Source of the DNA: Limisphaerales bacterium
GTDB taxonomy: Bacteria > Verrucomicrobiota > Verrucomicrobiia > Limisphaerales > SIBE01
Length of the DNA stretch: 42,776 nucleotides
Reading direction: 5' to 3'
Assembly (NCBI GenBank): GCA_044225505.1
Contig: JBGAIN010000011.1
Span: 62,001-104,776 of the forward strand
Of this stretch, positions 18,619 through 28,274 are shown in pieces. The notes beneath the pieces were generated by a model, which was not told where the DNA came from, did not search any database, and saw nothing but the letters and a program-made list of their open reading frames with translations. The position numbers and the translations under genes are program-made. Each line of letters opens with the position of its first letter. Positions within the stretch are counted from its first letter, which is position 1.

Positions 18619-20250
18619 CTAGCGCAACTCCACGTGGCCGCACAAATGAACTTCGAGTCCAAGCTCGTCCAGCAATGCAGCTTTAATGCGAGCTGCGCGG
18701 TGAGCTTGCTTTTCGTTCGGCGCGTAGACCACTTGGATATGATTGGACTTGTGCCGCGCCATCATCTGGTCTCGGCTCACCCCATCCAGGACCGCGTGCA
18801 TGATGGGCCATTGCGGAGTCGTCTCGCGCCAACGGCGAGCCGTTTCTTTCTCAGGCAACTCCACGACCTTAGCGACTCCGAGGTCACAGTGGAGCTTGCC
18901 GTCCATAACAAACACCCGGCTCCAAACGATGTGACCTGGTTTGGAAATCCCTTTAATCGTTCCGCCTCCAAGGCGAAAGTACATCGCGGGTTGTCGCTCG
19001 CTACTGGCGCCTTTATAGCCTCCCGCGAAATGGGCCGGAGGGACCGCACCTGAAATGAGAAAGACCCAAACGTAATCATTTAATTCACGCCCTTTGTACT
19101 GCTGACCCCAACGGAGATCGTGCAATGTGTTTTCCGGAGCAAAACCAAGCTCACGCCATAGGCGGTAGGTTAGCAGGCCGTCCAGGCCTGCACATTCATC
19201 CACTTCATTGAAGTGCGGGATCGCTTCACCTGAGCGAATTACCTTTCCAGTCGCCAAGTTTTTAACGGGCGGACGATCGACATTGTTAAGTAATCCTTCC
19301 ACGAGATCACTCGCGGGAGTCAAATCCTTCAATCCTTGTTGGTATTGAATCCCGACAGCGGCACATCCGAACTCATCAGCGATGCGCACGGAAGCAATGT
19401 ACATCCGGCATTGCTGTAAGGTCTGAGCTTCGGTCAATTCTGTAGCTTCGTCGCTCCCCCACCGAAATTGCATCCCTTTCTTCATCAGCCAGGAGAGCAC
19501 CTCACGCGCTTCAGCATCCGAGACGAGTTGCATGGCTGCGTAAAGGGACGATTGGCTAAGGCGTTCTTTGAAGACTCCGGTTGGATTCAGGAGTTCATCG
19601 GGGATGATGGCGTTGTGCATTCCCATACAACCTTCGTCGAAAACGCCGAGCAGCGCCTTATTCTGGTGGAACTCGCGGGCGACACGGCGCCCAAGTTGGT
19701 CTTCTGCAGAAGGAAGCTTTAAAAGACGCAGATCACGGACATGGCTTTGATCGTGTTTGATGTAACCTTCGTTCAGCCACTGCTTCAAACCATCATTGAA
19801 AAAGCGATCTTTAAAGCCTTCGCTCCATAAGCTGCTATAGCGAACGCCCATCTTTGTGAGTGAGCCGTTCAGATTGAGCATTCCTACGAGCCCGGGCCAA
19901 GTCCCGCTCCAATTGGCGACCGTAAGGATTGGTCCGCGGTGAGTCGATAAACCTGGGAGGATATGTTGACTGTACTGCCAAACGCATTCGGCCACGATGA
20001 GCGGAGCGGCGGGATCGAGATGTCTGAAGACCTCCAAGCCCATTTTTTGCGAATCGATGAAACCGTGGCGTTTTTCTTTGTCAAAGGCATGGCCGCGCAC
20101 CACTTTCCAACCTTGGCTGCGGAGGGCATTGCCAAGCGCGGCTTCCATCTTGGCCTGCTCCGGCCAGCATTTTTGATTAGCCGAAAGTCGCAGGTCTCCG
20201 TTCGCGATTAGATACGCTTGCTTTGGCTTTAATCCAGTTACAGTTTTCAT
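18619..20250 (-). CDS. L-fucose-isomerase-superfamily sugar isomerase
   Basis: ANGDLRLSAN, VANWSGTWPGLVG, GIQYQQGLK, HFNEVDEC and TLHDLRWG motifs; heads the aldolase-kinase cluster. Confidence 0.75.
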   Translation of the reverse strand: MKTVTGLKPKQAYLIANGDLRLSANQKCWPEQAKMEAALGNALRSQGWKVVRGHAFDKEKRHGFIDSQKMGLEVFRHLDPAAPLIVAECVWQYSQHILPGLSTHRGPILTVANWSGTWPGLVGMLNLNGSLTKMGVRYSSLWSEGFKDRFFNDGLKQWLNEGYIKHDQSHVRDLRLLKLPSAEDQLGRRVAREFHQNKALLGVFDEGCMGMHNAIIPDELLNPTGVFKERLSQSSLYAAMQLVSDAEAREVLSWLMKKGMQFRWGSDEATELTEAQTLQQCRMYIASVRIADEFGCAAVGIQYQQGLKDLTPASDLVEGLLNNVDRPPVKNLATGKVIRSGEAIPHFNEVDECAGLDGLLTYRLWRELGFAPENTLHDLRWGQQYKGRELNDYVWVFLISGAVPPAHFAGGYKGASSERQPAMYFRLGGGTIKGISKPGHIVWSRVFVMDGKLHCDLGVAKVVELPEKETARRWRETTPQWPIMHAVLDGVSRDQMMARHKSNHIQVVYAPNEKQAHRAARIKAALLDELGLEVHLCGHVELR

Positions 20251-20471
20251 TCTCGTGCCGCGAAACTAACCAGTGGCCGCCTGGCTTCAAAGCTCAAAAT
20301 CCGGACGTCTGTTGAATGCCCTTCTCCAGTCCGACCTTGTATATCGTCACCCGCTTGAGGCGAAGTTCCGATTCCTTGGCAGCCAGCTTTTCCCTGTGAA
20401 ATCGCGACAGCTAGCCTTTCGTGGAACTCCTGCGGGTTGCAGGCGTTCCGAACTCTGCTACATACGAAGGA

Positions 20472-21485
20472 ATGCAACACCCTCGATCGTCGATACTCCG
20501 TTCGTTTTTGATGGGAGGATTGCTTCTTTCGCAATGCCACGAGGTTTTGGACCTGCCGTGCCAGCTTCAAGCGGAAGGGGCGCCGGCCGAACGTGGGGCT
20601 AACAACGAAGGAAAAGCGCCCTGGCCTCGCTACGTTCTCAAAGCAGAACGGACTTGGCAGCTGAATTTGCCACAGGGCGAACGATTTGACGCTTCTGGCC
20701 TGGCAAAGACCTCAACCGGGGAACTGCTGACAGTCAACGATCGTGGGTCCACTGTTTACCGGATTCAATTCCACTCCTACACCAATTCGGCAGATCTGAT
20801 ACCTCTGCCGAATTGTTTTACGGCTGAGCAACTACGGCCCTTTGCCCGCGAGAAGGCCGATCGATACGATACCGAAGGAATTGCACTGGATAGCGAGGGC
20901 CGGATTTATATTTGCGAGGAGGCGAACCGGTGGGTTATGCGATGGGACGGGGCTGGAAATAAGGTCGAACGACTGGCAATCGATTGGGCGCCGGTGAACA
21001 AGTATTTTGATCTGAGCGACAGCAATGCCTCGTTTGAAGGAATTGCTGTTATGGGCGACCGGCTTTTTGTAGCTAATGAGCGTCAGATGGGGCGGATCGT
21101 TGTTCTGGATTTGAAGACGCTGCGAATTTTGGACGACTTTTCCGTGCGTCCTTGGGGCAGCAATGCTCGAGACGTGCATTACTCAGACCTAAGTGTTTAC
21201 AGGGGTGTCCTTTACGCCCTATTGCGGGAAAGTCGATGCGTCCTCGCAGTTCAACCAGAGACGCACCAGGTCCTGGCCGAGTATGATTACCGAGATATGG
21301 AACGTGAACCGGAAGTTCTGTATCGCTCGCTCTTTCCCACGGGCCAAATCGAAGGTCTAGCGGTGGATGAAGATGCGATTTGGCTCGTAACCGACAACAA
21401 TGGCACAGGTCGAGCCCGTTATCCGACCGATATTCGGCCGACATTGTTCCGGTGCAAGCGGATGGAGCTTCGAGGAACTCGTTAG
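20472..21485 (+). CDS. SdiA-regulated / phytase-like beta-propeller protein
   Basis: Repeats DASGL, DTEGIA, FEGIA, YSDL, IEGLA and LVTDNN; GAAGGA Shine-Dalgarno before the ATG at 20472. Confidence 0.7.
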   Translation: MQHPRSSILRSFLMGGLLLSQCHEVLDLPCQLQAEGAPAERGANNEGKAPWPRYVLKAERTWQLNLPQGERFDASGLAKTSTGELLTVNDRGSTVYRIQFHSYTNSADLIPLPNCFTAEQLRPFAREKADRYDTEGIALDSEGRIYICEEANRWVMRWDGAGNKVERLAIDWAPVNKYFDLSDSNASFEGIAVMGDRLFVANERQMGRIVVLDLKTLRILDDFSVRPWGSNARDVHYSDLSVYRGVLYALLRESRCVLAVQPETHQVLAEYDYRDMEREPEVLYRSLFPTGQIEGLAVDEDAIWLVTDNNGTGRARYPTDIRPTLFRCKRMELRGTR

Positions 21486-21600
21486 CAGTCACGGCAGGTA
21501 TTTCCCTTCCTGCTTCATTCTGCACCTTCGGAAGTTTCGGGCGCTAGCCCGTACAAAAACGCTTTTATTAAGGGCCTGTTTTGTGTTCACTCCCCTGTTC

Positions 21601-22530
21601 ATGCAGAAGACAGCGTTGTTGTTTGCGGGACAAGGAGCCCAGACCGTCGGAATGGGCCGTGACTTGTCAGAACAATTCCCCACGGCGCGGAGCCTGTTCG
21701 GTCGGGCGAATGACCTGCTCGGATTTGATCTTGCCAGCGTTTGCTTCACCGGACCGGAAGCAGAACTCACGAAGACGGCCAATGCTCAGCCTGGGATCTA
21801 TCTGGTCAGTTGGGTCGTGCTCACGTTGCTTCGGGAGCAGTGCCCAGGTTTTACGTTTCAAGCGACCGCCGGCCTATCGTTAGGGGAATTCACGGCCTTG
21901 GCAGCAGCACAGGCAATCAGCTTTGAGGATGGACTTCGTTTGGTCCACCAACGAGGCCAGTTTATGCAGGAAGCTTGTGATGCGACGCAAGGAGGCATGG
22001 CTGCCATCATGGGATTAGACGAAGCGGCCACGCGGAACGTATGCGATCAGGCAGGCGTGGCTCTGGCCAATCTCAATTGCCCCGGGCAAATCGTGATTTC
22101 CGGCGATACGGATCGTTTGGCGGTTGCCTGTGAGTTAGCAAAAGTGGCTGGAGCCAAGCGCGCGGTGCCTCTGACGGTGGCGGGGGCTTATCATTCTCCG
22201 CTGATGGCGAGTGCGAAGAACAAGTTGGCGACGGTCCTGGAGACAGTATCAGTGCAGCGTCCCACCGTGCCGGTGATTAGCAATGTGAATGCCCAGGCTC
22301 ATGGTGCGCCGGACAGCGTGCGGCAAAGCTTGGTTGAGCAAGTGACAGCTCCAGTGCGTTGGGAAGATTCTATGCGATTGCTTTTGGCACAAGGATTTAC
22401 GCAGTTTATAGAACTTGGTCCAGGCGTGGCCCTGGCGGGGTTCATGAAACGGATCGACAAAAAGGTTCGCATTTGGAGTATTAACGACTGCGCGACCTTG
22501 AGCGGCGTTGGATCCTCGCTCACCGCCTAA
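21601..22530 (+). CDS. fabD: Malonyl-CoA:ACP transacylase
   Basis: FAGQGAQ, AQPGI, GLSLGE and GAYHS motifs. Confidence 0.95.
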   Translation: MQKTALLFAGQGAQTVGMGRDLSEQFPTARSLFGRANDLLGFDLASVCFTGPEAELTKTANAQPGIYLVSWVVLTLLREQCPGFTFQATAGLSLGEFTALAAAQAISFEDGLRLVHQRGQFMQEACDATQGGMAAIMGLDEAATRNVCDQAGVALANLNCPGQIVISGDTDRLAVACELAKVAGAKRAVPLTVAGAYHSPLMASAKNKLATVLETVSVQRPTVPVISNVNAQAHGAPDSVRQSLVEQVTAPVRWEDSMRLLLAQGFTQFIELGPGVALAGFMKRIDKKVRIWSINDCATLSGVGSSLTA

Positions 22531-22594
22531 ACAGCGCGCCGATGTCGTATTCCATTTGACAACCTGACATCCAGCAACGACAACTGCCGTCCGC

Positions 22595-23338
22595 ATGAGT
22601 GACTTAGCGAATCAGATTGCCATTGTGACAGGCGCCGGGCGGGGCATTGGCCGGGCCATCGCACTGCAGTTCGCGGCCGCCGGAGCGGACGTGGTGAGTA
22701 TATCGCGCACCGCAGAGAATGCCGAAAAAGTTGCGGCCGAAGTGCGTGCGGCTGGGCGAAGGGCTTGGGCCTATGCTGTCGATGTGGCGGATGGGGCAGC
22801 GATTAACGTTGCGGCGGAAAAGATTCTCGCCGAGGTCGGGCGTGTCGACGTCCTGGTGAACAACGCCGGAGTGACCCGGGACGGCTTGCTCATGCGCATG
22901 AGTGAAGAGGATTGGGACACGGTCATGAATACGAATTTGCGCGGTGCCTTCCTGCTCACCAAGGCATTAACGCGCGCCTTCGTGAAACAACGCTCGGGAC
23001 GGATTATCAATGTTGCTTCGATTGCTGGACTGATTGGCAATGCTGGGCAGTGCAACTACGCCGCCAGCAAAGCGGCGCTCATTGGTTTTACAAAGTCATT
23101 GGCACGTGAATTGGCGTCCCGTGGCATCACCGTGAATGCTCTAGCTCCCGGCTTCATTGAGACGGATATGACGTCGGTTCTTGGGACGGCGATTCGCGAC
23201 GAAGTTCTGAAGAGAATCCCAATGAACCGGTTTGGACAGGCGGAAGACATCGCCCGTGCGGCGCACTTCCTAGCAGGGCCTGGGGGACGATATATTACAG
23301 GTCAAGTATTGACGGTCGACGGGGGCATGGTCATGTAA
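22595..23338 (+). CDS. fabG: 3-oxoacyl-ACP reductase
   Basis: TGAGRGIG, NNAGVTRD and YAASK motifs; fab context. Confidence 0.95.
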   Translation: MSDLANQIAIVTGAGRGIGRAIALQFAAAGADVVSISRTAENAEKVAAEVRAAGRRAWAYAVDVADGAAINVAAEKILAEVGRVDVLVNNAGVTRDGLLMRMSEEDWDTVMNTNLRGAFLLTKALTRAFVKQRSGRIINVASIAGLIGNAGQCNYAASKAALIGFTKSLARELASRGITVNALAPGFIETDMTSVLGTAIRDEVLKRIPMNRFGQAEDIARAAHFLAGPGGRYITGQVLTVDGGMVM

Positions 23339-23469
23339 TTTGCTGGCGGCAGCGGCGTCGAATTGTAGAATTCGGCATTGTCTCCACGCCAGGAATAATC
23401 TGCGATTCAGGGCTTGACGCCCTCTTGAACGTCGCATAGACACACAGCAAAACAGAAACGGAGTAACTC

Positions 23470-23718
23470 ATGGCTGCTGATAAATCGATTGAGCAAAAGG
23501 TTAAAGAGATCATCGTGGAGCAACTGGGTGTGAATGCGGATCAGGTCACCCCAGATGCGAAGTTTATCGAAGATCTCGGGGCGGATTCGCTGGACACCGT
23601 TGAGCTCGTCATGGCGTTAGAAGAAGAATTCGGGCAGGAGATTCCCGACGAAGAAGCCGAAAAGCTCCAGAGTGTTGGCGACGTCATTAAGTACATCGAG
23701 GAAAGCCAGCAGAAGTAG
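23470..23718 (+). CDS. acpP: Acyl carrier protein
   Basis: [24 protein letters not shown] Shine-Dalgarno. Confidence 0.97.
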   Translation: MAADKSIEQKVKEIIVEQLGVNADQVTPDAKFIEDLGADSLDTVELVMALEEEFGQEIPDEEAEKLQSVGDVIKYIEESQQK

Positions 23719-23784
23719 TTTTCCAGTACTATTTTTTGCGGGGCAGCACCGGCTGGACCAAGCACGAGCTGCCCCGTAATTTTT

Positions 23785-25044
23785 ATGACCATGAGCATCG
23801 GTGAGCGAAGGATTGTCGTTACGGGCCTGGGTGTGGTGACCCCGCTCGGGAATGATATCGACTCGTTTTGGAAGAACGTCGTGGCTGGAGAGTGCGGCGT
23901 CGGCAAAATCACCGCTTTCGATGCTGCGGCTTACAGCTGCCAGATCGCTGCGGAAGTGCGGGATTTTGATCCTTTGCCTGCGTTTCCCTCACCGAAAGAG
24001 GTGCGACGGACGGATCGCTTTGCGCAATTCGGCATCTATGCCGGGTATAAGGCATTGTTGGATTCTGGACTCGAGTTAGAGAAGGTGAACCGAGATGAAG
24101 TGGGCGTGTTCATCGGATCTGGCATTGGCGGGCTTTACACCGTGGAGGAGCAACATAAAGTCCTGCTCGCCAAAGGCCCGAACCGGCTCTCGCCGTTCAT
24201 GATTCCGATGCTGATCCTGAATATGGCCTCCGGAGTCTTCTCGATGCATTACCGATTGCGCGGACCGAATGTCGCCACGTGTTCAGCCTGTGCTACTGCC
24301 AACCACGCTATCGGAGAGGCATGGCGCACTCTGAAAATGGGAGATGCTCAGGTCATGTTCGCGGGGGGGGCAGAGGCTACCATTGTCGAATTGGGCATTG
24401 GCGGATTCTGTGCCATGAAAGCAATGAGCACGCGCAACCAAGAGCCCAAACGCGCCTCGCGCCCTTTTGACCGCGAACGGGATGGCTTTGTCATGGGGGA
24501 AGGTGCCGGGGTTGTGGTCCTTGAACAATTAGAACATGCGAAAGCTCGTGGCGCCCGGATTTACTGTGAACTGGTTGGATACGGGAATACGGCAGATGCA
24601 AACCATTTAACGGCGCCAGCGCCTGAGGGGGAAGGTGCGGCGCGTTGCATGCGAATGGCGTTGCGTTCCGCAGGCCTCAATCCGACCGATATCTCCTATA
24701 TCAACGCTCACGGCACGTCCACTCCGCAGGGCGATGTCTGCGAGACGCAGGCGATTAAGACAGTTTTTGGCGATCATGCCAAGCGGTTGGCGGTGAGCTC
24801 CACGAAAGGGGCCACTGGCCATATGCTAGGCGCGGCTGGGGCGGTGGAAATGGCTCTATGCGCCAAAGCCCTCCAGGAGAATGTGATTCCGCCCACGATC
24901 AACTACGAGAATCCCGACCCGGCGTGCGATTTGGATTATGTGCCAAATTCGGCCCGTGAACTCAACGTGCAGGCGATCATCAACAACTCGTTTGGGTTCG
25001 GAGGCCACAACGCCAGCCTCGTAGCTCGCAAGTTTGTCGGCTAG
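23785..25044 (+). CDS. fabF: Beta-ketoacyl-ACP synthase II
   Basis: [30 protein letters not shown] and NSFGFGGHN motifs. Confidence 0.96.
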   Translation: MTMSIGERRIVVTGLGVVTPLGNDIDSFWKNVVAGECGVGKITAFDAAAYSCQIAAEVRDFDPLPAFPSPKEVRRTDRFAQFGIYAGYKALLDSGLELEKVNRDEVGVFIGSGIGGLYTVEEQHKVLLAKGPNRLSPFMIPMLILNMASGVFSMHYRLRGPNVATCSACATANHAIGEAWRTLKMGDAQVMFAGGAEATIVELGIGGFCAMKAMSTRNQEPKRASRPFDRERDGFVMGEGAGVVVLEQLEHAKARGARIYCELVGYGNTADANHLTAPAPEGEGAARCMRMALRSAGLNPTDISYINAHGTSTPQGDVCETQAIKTVFGDHAKRLAVSSTKGATGHMLGAAGAVEMALCAKALQENVIPPTINYENPDPACDLDYVPNSARELNVQAIINNSFGFGGHNASLVARKFVG

Positions 25045-25101
25045 CGAGACGAAGCTGGCGGGGTGTGTGGCCGGGACAGTGCAGGCCAGGGTTCTTCGTG
25101 A

Positions 25102-28008
25102 CTAATCCGTGACAGGCACGGCGCGATAAAACTGGTGAGTGGCGTTAGTGCTCTCTGGGTCCGTGAACTCGAATGTATCCTCTTGGGCGTCCACGGTTCC
25201 AATTTCGGCCCAACTACGAAGATCGGCCGAGGTCTGGATTGAATACTGTTGGCCCGGTTGCCCTGTAAATCGCAACACGCTTCCCGCACTCAACCCTTGC
25301 TTGGCCGCAATGGGATTGGCGGCACTTTCCACCAGGATAGTGACCGATTTTGCTGTTACCAGTGCACCCGCTGCGTCCTTGGCTTGGGCCGTGAGCGTGT
25401 ATTTGCCGGCCGGAACGTTTTTCCAATCCAACGAGTGGTGGACAGGCGTTCCTGGATCTGGGGCTCGAATGAAAAACACTTGAGAGACACCAATTGACCG
25501 CTCATTGGCAAAGAACTCGACCCGGCTGAGATAGCCTTTTGGGTCGATGGCAGTGGCTTGAATCACCACATCGGCTGGCGCTTTGAAGGTCGTACCCTCT
25601 TTTGGGCTGTCGATTGTTAGAGTCGCTGGCTTGTTGGGATCGTCAGGACCTCCTACAAGCAATCCGTTCAGTTCCAGATCAAAGCTCAGGTCTGAGCTGC
25701 CAGCGGTTCGCTGATGCACCTCCACCGCAACCACGTTGAGTCCCTTCACCAGGACTTTCGGGTCTAACTTTACAACCAGGGCAGCCGACTCGTTCTCGCC
25801 GCTGACGGTAGCGGAGGCCAGAGTTTGCGCAGTGATCGCACCGTCCGGCATGTTGTTGCGGTAAACCTCCGCGTTATTCACGTAAACCACCGCGCCGTCG
25901 TCTCGCACCAGGCGCAGGACCAGCGACGTGAAGGCCGCCGGATCGTCGACCGTCAGAGTGCGACGAAAATAGGTGGTGATGTATTTCTGTTCGGGATTTG
26001 GACCGAACCCTACGACGGTGGCTTCGTCGCCATCCCCGTAGCCCAATTGAGCGGGTCCGGAGGCCCACGTGCTAGCGTCAAACGACAGGGTCCTCCAATT
26101 GGCCGGTGCTTCGATTCCCTTGTCAAGATACTGCCAGACGGCACCATGGCCGATCAAGCGCGTGCCTGGATTCACGGGAACAACGCGGATCTCGACGGCG
26201 CTCGACTGGGTTGTCTCTCCTTGATTGTCCGTGGCCTTGGCGTGGATAATGTAGCGTCCTGCAGGCGCGCTATTCCAAACCAGAGTGTAAGGAGCCTCGA
26301 GGACCGAGCCCACGGGCTTTTCGTTTACGAGGAAGGTGACGAAACTGATCTTGCCGTCGGAGTCAGTGGCTTCAGCAACGAGCTTAATGTCTGTGCCGGC
26401 GTCGAATTCCTGCCCGCTCTTTGGGCTGGTCAGAGTGACTTTCGGGGCCTCGTTCGGCAGTTGATCGTAAATGGTGACCGTGGCAGACCGCGGCGACCCG
26501 AGCTTGTAGCTGTTCGCGGGGACGGGGGCGGCATTTCCTTGCGAGCCATCTGGCGTTAGGAGAGTGATTGTGACAGTTTCCTTTGCCTCGATCGCTTTGT
26601 CTGGAACTGGAACGACATTGATTGGAGCTGAGCTTTCACCGGCTGGAATGGTAATGAGGCCGGTAAGCTTTGTGTAGTCGACGCCGTTCTGGGCGTTTCC
26701 GGTAACCGAGTAACGCACATCCAGCTTGCTCGCCAAATCCCCAGTTCGAGTGACGGTGAGAATGCCAGGACGGGCCGGGTCCGACTCCAGGACGCGGACG
26801 ACTTTGCCCTGAATGACGACGGTTGGCGGCGCGGGTGCCGCCACTCGAATCTTGACCGGACCGGACAAAGTGCTCCCACCGAGATTATCGGTCGCTTTCG
26901 CCGTGAGCGAATAATCGCCGACAGCAACATTGTTCCAGGTCATCTGGAAAGGGTTAACCGCGCTGGCGCTCGCCGGATTACCTTTGGTCAATCCGATGCT
27001 CTTGTCATTGGCGAAGAACTCAACCGAGAGGACGCTCCCATCCTTGTCGGTGGCCTGGGCAGCGATGGAAATGGAAGCGGGTGCTGTAAACGACGCACCC
27101 GACTTGGGCGAGGTGATCTCGACACTCGGGCGAACATTGACCGGATCATTATCTTCAATGATTACGGTTGCCGCATCGGGTTGGTTGATGGCGTAGAGTG
27201 CACTGGGTTTCAGTTTTATGGAAACATGTTCCGGCCCTTCAACAACGGTGTCGTCGATCGGCAGCACCGAAATCACTATGGAACGTTCGCCCGGTGGCAG
27301 CGTCGCTGATCCTGAGAGGAGCTGGTAGTCCGTTCCGCCTGTGGCCGCCGGGATCGTGACCGTCACGGGCGCCCCGGTTGACGCGATCGAGTCGGCGACA
27401 GCTGGCTGCGTGATTGGCCCGGTTTGAACTTCGTAATCGACTTTTAACGCTTCGGTCGTTGCGCCTAATCTCGCAATTGTGAATTTCCCAACTGCACTCG
27501 GTTCGCTGGCTTTGGGGTCTGTCGCCCGAATGGAGATTGTGGGAAGGGGTACAATCCCCAGGTCATTGTCGTTGACCACGACCGTGGCACTGTTTGGGCG
27601 GCCCACGGTATATAAGGCGGTCGGATCCCCGGACAACACCGCCACCACCGTGACCACGATGGTCTCTTCTGTCTCTGCGATAATGTCGTCGGCGGGCGTA
27701 ACAAGCGTGAACGCTGAGGAGGCACCGATCGGAATGACGATAGAACCCGTCAGAGCTGGGTAATCTCCTGGGCTTACGGCAGTTCCGCTGGTTTTGTAAC
27801 GGACTGTGAGTGCCGTAGTTGTCGGACCAGAGCGATGAAAAGTGAACAGGCCACTGCTCGGCCCTGATTCCGCTGCGATGGAGTCTGTGGCTGTTACCGT
27901 GACTTGGACCGGTTCCGTGCTCACGGCGACTGGGAGTCCGAGAGTGTGAAAGCCGTTCGAAACGAACAGCACCGCCAACGCGCAAGCTGCCTTAAACCGA
28001 GATTTCAT
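25102..28008 (-). CDS. Large secreted multi-domain surface protein (Calx-beta repeats, Ig-like Big repeats, lectin-like domain, '...FYR' CTD)
   Basis: Signal peptide MKSRFK..; three Calx-beta-like units (GTA..G.DY..L.G...IP.G); three Big units (A.ATD.DG.V..VEF..N); GYGDGDE / RDDGAVVY domain; ends FYRAVPVTD. Confidence 0.8.
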   Translation of the reverse strand: MKSRFKAACALAVLFVSNGFHTLGLPVAVSTEPVQVTVTATDSIAAESGPSSGLFTFHRSGPTTTALTVRYKTSGTAVSPGDYPALTGSIVIPIGASSAFTLVTPADDIIAETEETIVVTVVAVLSGDPTALYTVGRPNSATVVVNDNDLGIVPLPTISIRATDPKASEPSAVGKFTIARLGATTEALKVDYEVQTGPITQPAVADSIASTGAPVTVTIPAATGGTDYQLLSGSATLPPGERSIVISVLPIDDTVVEGPEHVSIKLKPSALYAINQPDAATVIIEDNDPVNVRPSVEITSPKSGASFTAPASISIAAQATDKDGSVLSVEFFANDKSIGLTKGNPASASAVNPFQMTWNNVAVGDYSLTAKATDNLGGSTLSGPVKIRVAAPAPPTVVIQGKVVRVLESDPARPGILTVTRTGDLASKLDVRYSVTGNAQNGVDYTKLTGLITIPAGESSAPINVVPVPDKAIEAKETVTITLLTPDGSQGNAAPVPANSYKLGSPRSATVTIYDQLPNEAPKVTLTSPKSGQEFDAGTDIKLVAEATDSDGKISFVTFLVNEKPVGSVLEAPYTLVWNSAPAGRYIIHAKATDNQGETTQSSAVEIRVVPVNPGTRLIGHGAVWQYLDKGIEAPANWRTLSFDASTWASGPAQLGYGDGDEATVVGFGPNPEQKYITTYFRRTLTVDDPAAFTSLVLRLVRDDGAVVYVNNAEVYRNNMPDGAITAQTLASATVSGENESAALVVKLDPKVLVKGLNVVAVEVHQRTAGSSDLSFDLELNGLLVGGPDDPNKPATLTIDSPKEGTTFKAPADVVIQATAIDPKGYLSRVEFFANERSIGVSQVFFIRAPDPGTPVHHSLDWKNVPAGKYTLTAQAKDAAGALVTAKSVTILVESAANPIAAKQGLSAGSVLRFTGQPGQQYSIQTSADLRSWAEIGTVDAQEDTFEFTDPESTNATHQFYRAVPVTD

Positions 28009-28274
28009 AGGAGTGGAATTCAAGCCCAACTAGCACCCAGATCTCGACGTGGTCGGCACAATCCACGGGACGGATCCTGAGGGCTACGATTGTCTCTTGT
28101 AGGCGAGTCTACAGCAGAAAGCGTGCTGCTCCAGCGACAGTCTTGAGCTTATCCGTCCCGTCGCCTTCGCTGGCTAACTTAAAACATCCCCACCGCAATG
28201 ATCATGCTCGTCCCATTGGCTCGCAATGGACGCTTGGCAGGTCTCCTTCCGCCCGATAAAAGCTCACACATCCT

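Noticed and set aside
28076..28125. CTGAGGG...GAAA resembling a hammerhead ribozyme core or c-di-GMP riboswitch
   Set aside because: The CUGANGA core is imperfect, GAAA is not placed after stem II, and GEMM GCAAA/GACGCAAAG motifs are absent.
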